From Geosiphon pyriformis uo1 (taxonomy: Eukaryota; Fungi; Glomeromycota): a stretch of 64,000 nt of DNA. Location of the stretch: contig JAAOMT010000494.1 of assembly GCA_016748015.1 (NCBI GenBank), positions 798,190 through 862,189 of the forward strand, read 5' to 3'. How positions within the stretch are numbered: the first letter of the stretch is position 1; every line of letters starts with the position of its first letter. A program made the translations under genes and the position numbers. Positions 1 to 9,724 of the stretch are shown in pieces. The notes under the pieces were generated by a model. That model was not told the origin of the DNA. It did not search any database and worked only from the letters and a program-made list of their open reading frames with translations.

Positions 1-3000
1 GCTTTTGCAATATCAAACAAGAAACATTTGAATCTGTTATGACCTATCTTGGAAGATTTAACAAACTTTTCAGATGAATCCGACAATTGGAAACCAATGA
101 CTACTATTCTGATGCTCAAGTTCTGGATCAGTTTATAGCAGGGTTAAAAGACAAACTAATTAAGAAAGTCCGTCCACATGTTTCAGCAGACTTAGCAACT
201 GCTATTAGACATGCAAAGAGCTATGAAATGGCAATGGAAGAAGCAAATCACACCAAGCTTGTAAACCTTGCAATTGGAGAAACCAGCTCAGCAGCTGAAA
301 AGAAGATAGACCAACTCACAAAAAAAGTTGAAAGCTACTTCACAAACTAACAACAACAGCAACAACAACCACAAAGATATCAACTCCCACAATGACGCAA
401 CCAAAACAATTTTGGATTATCATCCAACAACCAATTTCAAAATTGTCATTATTGTGGAATTCCAGGACACTGGAAACGAGATTGTAGGAAATTACAAAGA
501 AACCAACAAAACAGGAGTAATCAACATTACTCTTCACTACAACAATTCTATTACCAATCTCCACCACCAACTTATTATTCACCAAGACCACAAAATCAAA
601 ACAGTTACTATCCACCAGCTCCACAATCAATGCAGCAACAATATCAGCAACCTTTACCAATTCAGCCATATCAGACACCACCCACTCAACAATATCAAGT
701 ACCAGCAAGAAAATTGGTTCAACATAACCAATCCACACCCCAAAATCAATTGCAGAATAACCACAACAGAATCAATCCAAATAACCAGTTGGTTCCCTGA
801 AATTCGGGCCAGCAAAGACCCAATCACTATCACACTCAATCTAGTTATCTCATAATACCAGAGGAATCGGATTTTCAACAAACTGCACTTTCTGAAGGTG
901 AAATTACAGCACCAAGATCAAACTCTTCCAACCACACCATTCCCCCAGCTCAAATTGTCCAAAATGCTAATCTGTCAGATATATTTTCATTTGAATTTGA
1001 AGCAAATGAATCACCATTTCTGCTTAGTAATGCAGCAGTCAATGAACAGAAAGCAATTACTGTCATGTACACAGAAGCTACAGTGAAAGAAAAACCCATA
1101 TGCTTAATCTTAGATAATGGATTAGCTGGGAGTATTATTACTTACCAGCTGATGCAACAACTCAAACGAAACATAGACAGACCAGCTCAAACAGTTATTG
1201 TCACAGCTGATGGTATGAAGAAGACTCCAGTAGGAGAAATTGATGATTTCCCTTTTTCAATTGATGGAATCACCATTCCAGTTAAAGTTCTTGTTATGGA
1301 TGCACCCCAATATCAAGCTCTAGTCGAAAATGATTGGCTTCTCAAGGCCAATGCAAACCTGAACTGGAAAACTCAAGAACTTAAAATCTCATACCAAGGA
1401 CAATATACCATAGTACCTGCAACCTGTGGTACCTTTAACAAACGATCAGAAAAAGCTCCAGTATTTGAATTTGAAGAGAAGAAAGAAATACCACTTACTG
1501 AAACCTACATGGCTCTTGGATCAACATCCAATTGGGCTGAAGAAACTGAACAAGAAATTTTTGAAGAATCAAGGGGATGGAAGAAAGTTAGATATTCTAC
1601 ACCAGAACCACAGAAACAACCACTCTATATTCCACTCAAATACAAAGATTGCAACAAAAAACTTTCATCAATGGGAGCATGTATTTCTCCAGAAGAGGAA
1701 TATGAAACTTGTATCTTTTACTTTTGCAAAGCATGCCATAGAAAACGATTTGGATCTCCAAAAAGAAGTAAAAAATGGGACAGCACACTTTGCCTTACAT
1801 GTGGAGAAATACTACCAGAAGAATGCAATTGGATTGATGTAGCAATGAGAGAAGGAGTATGTGATCAAACCTGTCAATATGCTCTATCAATTTCGGAAAA
1901 AATCAGAAGAGGGACACCATTTGATGCAGCATACAACAGTGCTTTCAATAAACTTTACCACTACCCTTATGATGCTGAAATGATTTTTGACCTAGCAATG
2001 GCATTAATTAATGGAGCCACTCAAGAAGATGTCTGCCAAATGAAAGAAGCTGAATATATTGAGTACACCATGAAATTAACTGGATTTGATTATGAAGATG
2101 AAGTAGAAACCTACCACCAAATTGCAAGTCACACATATCCGACCAAAGAAGCTCAAATTCAATAATTAGAGCAAATGAACATTCAATTGTGTGAAGAATG
2201 TGTTATGCCTTGTGATGACCAATGGTGTTTAGAATGTTATGCTCTTAGCATTCCTTTGCCAGATGAGAATGATGAAAATGAAATCGAATTTGGAGTATCT
2301 GAACAAGTAGAAGAACTACCAACCACTCCCATCTATCTTTTTGAAAAGCAACCACCTCTACAACTTAAATATTTTGACAACCATGGCCANNNNNNNNNNN
2401 NNNNNNNNNNNNNNNNNNNNNNNNNNNNNNNNNNNNNNNNNNNNNNNNNNNNNNNNNNNNNNNNNNNNNNNNNNNNNNNNNNNNNNNNNNNNNNNNNNNN
2501 NNNNNNNNNNNNNNNNNNNNNNNNNNNNNNNNNNNNNNNNNNNNNNNNNNNNNNNNNNNNNNNNNNNNNNNNNNNNNNNNNNNNNNNNNNNNNNNNNNNN
2601 NNNNNNNNNNNNNNNNNNNNNNNNNNNNNNNNNNNNNNNNNNNNNNNNNNNNNNNNNNNNNNNNNNNNNNACCCTATTGTTTTATTAAACAAATTAGAAA
2701 TTGGAATCATACACAGCAATATCTTTCAAGATAAAAACCCTCAAATTGTCTCTAATTTCATCGAAATTATAAAGCACACTCTACTCCCAAATCCAAATAT
2801 CATTCCCACTACTGAAAACTACCACTTGTTGAAAGAAAAACTCTCTCGAATCAATATGGGTCCCTTAGAACCTCAACAACAAAGACAATTGAAACAATTG
2901 ATAGCTGAATTTGCAGATATATTTGCAAAAAACAACAATGACTTGGGAAAAACAGACATTGTTCAACATCAGATCCATACAGAAGATGCTCTACCAAAAC

Positions 3001-5705
3001 ATTAACAAGCTTATCAAGTGCCACCTGCCAGCCACCAATTTATCAGAGAAGAGGTCCAAAGAATGCTCAATAACGGATTGATTCAACCATCAAGAAGTCT
3101 TTGGGTCTCACCAGTAGTTTTGGTTAAAAAGAAAAACGGAAAAATTAGATTCTGTGTTGATTATAAACAATTGAATAGTGTTACAATTGGAGATGCCTAC
3201 CCTCTTCCAAGAATTGATGACATGCTAGATGCTCTGGGAAAAGCCAAGTTCTTTTCAACTTTAGACCTGGAAAGTGGATACTGGCAAGTCGAAATGGACC
3301 CAAAAGATAGACCCAAAACAGCATTCACCACTCAAGAAAGAAATTATGAGTTTAATGTTATGCCTTTTAGACTTTGCAATACACCAGCAACATTTCAGCA
3401 ACTCATGAATGTTGTCTATGAAGAGCTCTTGTGGCAATCAGTAGTTGTTTATCTTGATGATACTGATGTATACTCACCAAGCTTTGAAGTCCATATCATT
3501 CACCTGCGAGAAGTTTTTCAATGATTATGGAAAGCAGGATTAAAGTTAAATATTGAGAAATATCACTTTGGAAAAACAAGTTTGATCTTTTTTGGATACA
3601 TAGTTAGTAAAGATGGAATCAAACCAAACCCAGGAACAATCAATGCTGTCAAAAACTTTCAAACCCCCAGAAATACTACAGAACTAAGAGGATTTGTGGG
3701 ATTAGCCTCTTACTATTGAAAATTCATAAAAAGATTTTCAGAAATTGCCAAACCACTCAATTATCTTACCAACAAAAATGTACCATACAAATAGACTGAA
3801 GAACAACAAAAAGCTTTTGAAATTCTCAAAACAAAATTGACAACAGCCCCAGTTTTTGCTTATCCAGACTTCAACAAACGATTCCAATTAGCCACTGATG
3901 TCTCACATATAGCATTTGGTGCCATCTTATCACAATTAGATGAAAATGGCCAAGAACAAGTTATTGCCTATGCCAGCAGAACACTCAAGCCAACAGAACT
4001 CAAATATGGCTCAACTGAATTAAAAGCTGCTGCAGTTATTTGGGCTCTTAAACATTTTCAACAATATCTGAAAAATGGAAAAGAATTTGACATAATAATG
4101 GACAACATTGGCCTCAAATGGCTCAATAAAAAGAAAACTGAACAAAGTGCCAAACAGTCTCGATGGAATGACTTCCTAACAGACTACAGATATATTGTAT
4201 ACCACAAACCAGAAAAACTACATACCAATGTTGATAGCCTCTCAAGAATGAGACAAGATTAATACCAACAACAATTCCACCACAACTTACCAACTTACCA
4301 ACAAAATAACCAAACAAGAATGGATCCCAGAAACTACAGCAATCTTAAAAATTATTTGGAGACCCTTATCATGCCAGAAAACTGGTCTCCAAGTAAAAAA
4401 CACTGCTTACAACACCAATTAAAACAATATTTCATACACCAGAACAAAATTTATTATAAAAATCACAAAAAACCAAACCAGCTACTCAGATTAGTACAAG
4501 AGAATGAAAAAGAAACAATTTTATACAACATGCACACAGATCCGTTTTCAGCACACTTGGAAAAAGAGAGAACAATTCAAAGAACCCTTGAACATTATTT
4601 TTGGCCTCACATGCAAAAAGACATTCAACAATATGTAGAATCTTGTGATAACTGCCAAAGAAGAGAAGAAACTTGTCCCACAGAACCTTTAAATCCAATC
4701 AAAGTTGGACAACTTTTTGACAGAGTTGGAATTAATTTAGTCGGACCATTACCTATCACAACCCAAGAAAATTGTTATATTGCAGTTGCAGTGGATTATC
4801 TTACCAAATGGCTTGAAGCTAGAGCCATCCAAAGAGCAGATGCAAAATCAGTAGCAAAATTCATCTATGAAGACATTATCTGTAGACATGGATGCCCAAT
4901 TGAACTCTTATTTGATCAAGGAACACATTTTGTGAACAACTTGATACAAGAAATTTGTGAACAGTTCAATGTCAAAAGATCTCTATCATCACCTTATCAC
5001 CCTCAAACAAATGGACTTGTAGAACATTTCAACAGAACATTGTGTGAATCTTTAGCCAAAGTCTCAACAGACTTTGAACATGAATGAGATATCTTTATTC
5101 TATCAGTGTTACTAGCATACAGAACACTAAAACAAGATACTACGAAACACACACCATTTGATCTTACTTATGGAAGGACAGCAACATTACCAATTAGTTT
5201 CACAGTGGAAACATACCCAGTGCAACCAATCAATGAAGAAAACTTTCAAGAGACACTCCAAAGAAGAGCCTACACTCTTCTTAGTACACTGGAAGAAAAA
5301 AGAAGAATAGCAGCAGCTCATATTGAACATTCCCAAGCTCAATAAAAAGAAAGACATGACAACAAATTACCATCTATTACCAACGAATTTAAAGTTGAAA
5401 ATAAAGTTCTCTTGCACAGAACTAAGGCTGAAAAACAATGAAGTGGGAAATTTGAAAACAAATGGGATGGACCATTTTATATTCACGAAATTCTAGGCAA
5501 TAGATCATATAAGTTAAGACTTGATGACAAAATATTAGCAAAAGTTGCACATGGAAACAGACTGAAACACTATCATTCCAGAAACAATCCTGAACCATTA
5601 ATTCCACAAATTGGTACACATTTCCCTTTAATTAATCCTGAAGATATTCCCCGAAATTTAGAACCAATAATTATAATAGAACAACAACCAAACTTGAACA
5701 CTTAA
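1..5705 (+). pseudogene. A1 gag-pol polyprotein, one reading frame broken by nonsense codons
   Basis: ORFs 87, 1065, 2175, 3018, 3837, 4320 and 5106 are all in the same frame (frame across the N gap not verifiable). Motifs: CHYCGIPGHWKRDC (444-485), LILDNG (DSG in A2), YLDD, ATDVS (RNase H), H..H..CDNC, GINLVGP/DQGTHF/QTNGLVE (DDE), KWDGPFY (GPY/F). Confidence 0.93.
2390..2670. other. Assembly gap (281 N) covering the dUTPase position of A1
   Basis: Flanks match A2 positions ~23053 and ~23710, so ~656 bp are expected here. Confidence 0.95.
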
Positions 5706-5849
5706 ATTTTAGAATAATTCTCTAATAAAAACACAAAGACAAAAATAGTAAATAATTACAAAACACCCAAACCCAAAAACAAATAAAAAACCCCATATCC
5801 AAAAAATAATTTTCTTTATTCTCTCTTTTCATAATTAGTCAATTTTATC

Positions 5850-6557
5850 ATGATTATTCTCGGAAATATTCAACAAATATCCCAAAAATTAATGTTAGCC
5901 TTGAAAACACTTCCTGACTTATCTATAATGATTAATGGAAGTCAAATTAAATACATTCAGAAAGAAACCACAGCCCCAGTAGCAAATCATTTACAGAACT
6001 ATCACCCCTATAGAAGAGAAACAAGAAGTCACTCTAAGAATAGATTACCAAAACTTTTGAAGCAGGCACTAGAAGAAAATCTGCTAATTGCTCCTATTGA
6101 CATTCCACCAGATGCTACAATGCAACAAAAACTACTACTACTTCTTAATGAACAGAGCAATGAACACACCCCTATCTATAGATACTTTCAAATTGGAAAA
6201 ACACTTTATAAACGAAAACTGGAACTTGAAGCAACAAATCTCACTCCTGAAGTTATACAAAAACAAATCTACAATGAATTCAAAACAGCAGCTGGACCAA
6301 CAAACACTCGCTACAAACTTAGAACAGCTTTTAGACTCTATGATTTGTTTAATACTTGTGAAAATGTTTTACAAAATCCAATACTGCAATCAATGAAAGT
6401 CCAACACATTGGCAAACTCACAGAACTGAAATTTCAACAATTTTCAGACCAAATTACTTCAATTATTTTAGATCACTATCTCAATATTACAGATAGTGCT
6501 TGGACTTCGATGGAGCTCAGTCTTAAGGAGGAAATTATGTTACCAGTAGAATTTTAG
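5850..6557 (+). CDS. A1 ORF3: 235-aa accessory protein of unknown function, intact, overlapping PPT and start of 3' LTR
   Basis: ATG-initiated open frame downstream of the pol stop. Homologous ORFs occupy the same position in all families. No obvious signal peptide or TM segment. Confidence 0.8.
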   Translation: MIILGNIQQISQKLMLALKTLPDLSIMINGSQIKYIQKETTAPVANHLQNYHPYRRETRSHSKNRLPKLLKQALEENLLIAPIDIPPDATMQQKLLLLLNEQSNEHTPIYRYFQIGKTLYKRKLELEATNLTPEVIQKQIYNEFKTAAGPTNTRYKLRTAFRLYDLFNTCENVLQNPILQSMKVQHIGKLTELKFQQFSDQITSIILDHYLNITDSAWTSMELSLKEEIMLPVEF

Positions 6558-7550
6558 CTATTAATTAGCATGAAATTACTCTTATAATTCCTATAATTCA
6601 TTAGTATATTAATATCATTTCAAATTATCATTTATTATTTAATCAATTATTACATATCACGATTCAATTAAAATAATCTAATTAGTATAACAGAAAGTAA
6701 GATGATCAAATTACACAATACCCTGAACTTTGTAACATTCAAAAATTTGCCAAAATTTACAGAAATTTGCCGAAATTTATAAGAAATTTGCCGAAATTTA
6801 CAGAAATTCGCCAAAATTATGAATAGTTCACCCAAATTAATCAATAGTTCAGCAAAATAACTTGTAGTTCATCAAAATGTATCTTTAGTTTGCTGGAATT
6901 TGGGCAAAGCAAAAAAGTGCAAGTTCATAAATTAGTACTACAACAAGTTGTATAAAAGAAGAGCTTTTCTCTTTTGGAAAATGTATCTTACTTTAGATTT
7001 ATCTCTTAAAAACTGTTCCTATACACACAAAAAGAAATAAATATTAAATAATTCAAAAAACCAAATTTTTTAATTATTGTACTTGGAAAAATCCTCAAAA
7101 TCCAACTAACATTTTGAAATTAATTAGTTACCAATTTCAGTAAACTGTTAATAACTCCAGGTCTGGATAGAAAATGTTTCTCTTGACAAAATTCTATTTC
7201 TTTTACATTTCTTTTATTTTTCTTTTTTTTTCTTATTACAATCATTAGGGTAGCCTACAGACAAGATTCCTGTAGAAGAGTTGACTTTCACAGCAAAGTA
7301 ACTATACATTTTAGTGAGCTTCCAGACGAGCAATTCCTGGGAAAGAATTGATGTTTACTACAATGTAACTACACAAAGCAACTGGCACGGAATTGGCCAT
7401 TTTACTTATAAGTCCAGCAGTTCAAATTATAGGAGATAATTTGAAGATAAATTCAGTTATTGGAGGTTTAACTACTTTTAGAAAACGTGAATTCACAACA
7501 AACAGACATTAATAACATTTAAAAAAAGAGACCAAAAACCTCCAGTAACA
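6538..7550 (+). repeat. A1 3' LTR (1013 bp)
   Basis: TGTTACCAG...CCAGTAACA termini, TATAAAA at 6951, ~20-bp GAAATTYGCCRAAATTTACA repeats at ~6742-6820, U-rich tract. Confidence 0.95.
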
Positions 7551-9724
7551 CCATCCACAAACGAATGGTTTAGTTGAAAGATTTAATAGAGTATGAAGCA
7601 ATTGCCAAAATCAGTCAAGAAAATTAAGAAGAATAGAATTTGTTTATACCATTAGTATTATTTGCTTATTGGACAATAAAGCAAGATACCACACAAACAA
7701 TACCATTTGAATTGGTATATGGTAGAACAGCAATATTACCAGTTGAGATAAAGGTCAATATATATTCAACTGAACCAATAACAGAAGATAATTTCTAAGA
7801 AACTTTGTTGAAAAGAACATATAACTTAATAGAAACACTAGAAAACAGATAACAAAAAGCAGCTAATAATATTCAAAAGTCACAAAAAAAACAAAAAGAA
7901 AGACATAATAATCAACTATTAAACAAACCAGTTGAATTCAAAATTGGAGACAAAGTACTTTTATATCATACCAAAGTGGAAAAACAATGGAGTGAAAAAT
8001 TTGGCCCCAAATGAAACAGACCATTTCACATAGAAGAAATTCTTGGAAATGGAGCTTATAAATTAAGATAGGACAACAAAATCTTAACCAAAACAGCACA
8101 TGATGATTAACTAAAACTATATTACCAAATAACATCATCATCCACCAATAACATTTCACAATTAGAAGTACAATGAATACTAGTCCAACCAGATGAGATT
8201 CCACGAGATCTGGAACCAATCATAATCATTGAACCAAACATGTAAAATCAAACAATAAAAGAGTATATAAAGACACAATATATGTGACAAAAGCAACCAA
8301 GAAAATAGAAATACCAGATTATATTCACACCATAGCTCAACAAATATTCCAGGTCTTAAGTCAACAACTTTTAGACTTGGAAATTATTGTTAACAACCAA
8401 ACAATTTGCTATCAAAACACCAAAAGTAAGACAAAGAATACACCATATTAGCAGTTACCAAAAAATGATAAAAATGGGTCAGATAACATAAAAAAAAAAG
8501 TAAAGAACACTTTTGAGAAAATACCTATTATGGCACCAACAGAGGAACTTACAAAAGAGAATTAGAAGCAATGGACAGAACAACTTCCAATATCATACTG
8601 TTACTACCAGTTAGGTCAGAAGTTGAATATTTAAAAATTGTATATCAACAAATCCAAGAGGATATTTAACCAAAACATAATACAGCAAATTGAAAAATTT
8701 ATTGGGAAAAAAATAAACTCAACACTGCATGTGAGAACAATTTACCAACTGCACAACATATTTCAGAACTATCCAGAAATACTGTTATACTCTAACATAG
8801 AAACTATAACCATTAACCAATGGGGAAAAATGAACAATACACAAGTAAAAGACATGAAAAACAGAGTCAAATAGACAATACTTGAAAAAGAAGTATTAGA
8901 ATTAATTCAAAACAAAGATTTCAATGGAGCTCAATATTAAAAGATGGAGATAATATTACTCATAAAAGAAAGAAAACAGATATAGAAAATAGCAGACCAA
9001 TAAGAAAATAGTATTTAGCACGTGAGCACATTGCTCAGCAATGTGGAGCAATATCAGAAATTATGGCACATTGCTCAAAAAATCATAGCATATTGCTTAG
9101 GAATGTAAGCAATCTCATAGAACATCAATTATATATATATAGCAGTAGCAGTAGAAATAGAGAAAAAAAAAAAAAACAGTTAGTTAGAAATCTTCCATTC
9201 ACAAATAATAAATAAATAAATCATTTATCATCCAAATTCACTCTCCACTATTAACACTTCATGTTGATAGTTATTGATACATAACCACACTGGACTAATA
9301 GCTCTTGATCATGGCTATTGATGGAATACTAACATGTTCATTGCCTTGGCTTATTTTTATGTTATTTCTTTTATTTTCTTGTCTTAATTGTTGTTATTAC
9401 TAATTTTATTGAGAATTAATATACAGAATACTGACATCAAGATATAGCACTGGTAAAAGACCCAGAAATAAGAGTAGAATATTCGATTGAGGTTAGCTTA
9501 TCAGGAGAAACACTGGTCATCACGCTGAAAAAGAAATTAATAAAACTGCAGTTTCAGGAAGCTACAGATAAAATTATTACCACTGAATCTCTATCCATTA
9601 TACAAAAAACTCAACCAAAACCTTCAGATAAACTCACCTTCAGATTTCTATTATTGACAACAGTCTTGAGCACCAAGTTATGAGTTTGTTATTTACTCCG
9701 ACAACCAAGTAATCATCTGTAACA
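7551..9724 (+). mobile_element. Gypsy element B, 3' portion (IN C-terminus 7551-8245, decayed ORF3 ~8305-8940, 3' LTR 8954-9724), inserted in the integrase of element C
   Basis: IN motifs ending ...DEIPRDLEPIIIIEPNM*, PPT aagatggagataa, LTR TATTACT(TG>TA)...CTGTAACA. Downstream sequence resumes DYLTK*IEARA. Confidence 0.88.

Larger units (their letters stand above)
1..7550 (+). mobile_element. Ty3/Gypsy LTR retrotransposon, family A, copy A1 (5' end outside window), inserted in the integrase of element B
   Basis: Gag, CCHC knuckle, PR, RT, RNase H, IN, ORF3, PPT (aaggaggaaatta) and a 3' LTR closely similar to the LTRs at 18675 and 27579. Sequence after the LTR resumes in another integrase (HPQTNGLVERFNR at 7552). 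Confidence 0.95.

Noticed and set aside
340-738. Hydrophobic antisense ORFs (also 654-881, 21018-21317, 29328-29604, 35955-36194, 39521-39823) that look like membrane or env proteins
   Set aside because: They are shadows of CAA/AAC-rich Gln/Asn gag codons or of A-rich LTR repeats on the opposite strand.
2390-2670. Apparent deletion of dUTPase in A1
   Set aside because: This is an N gap of uncertain true size, so it cannot be interpreted.
5850-6557. ORF3 as an envelope glycoprotein or a chromodomain
   Set aside because: No signal peptide, TM helix, cysteine pattern or chromodomain aromatic-cage motif (Y.VKW.G) is visible.
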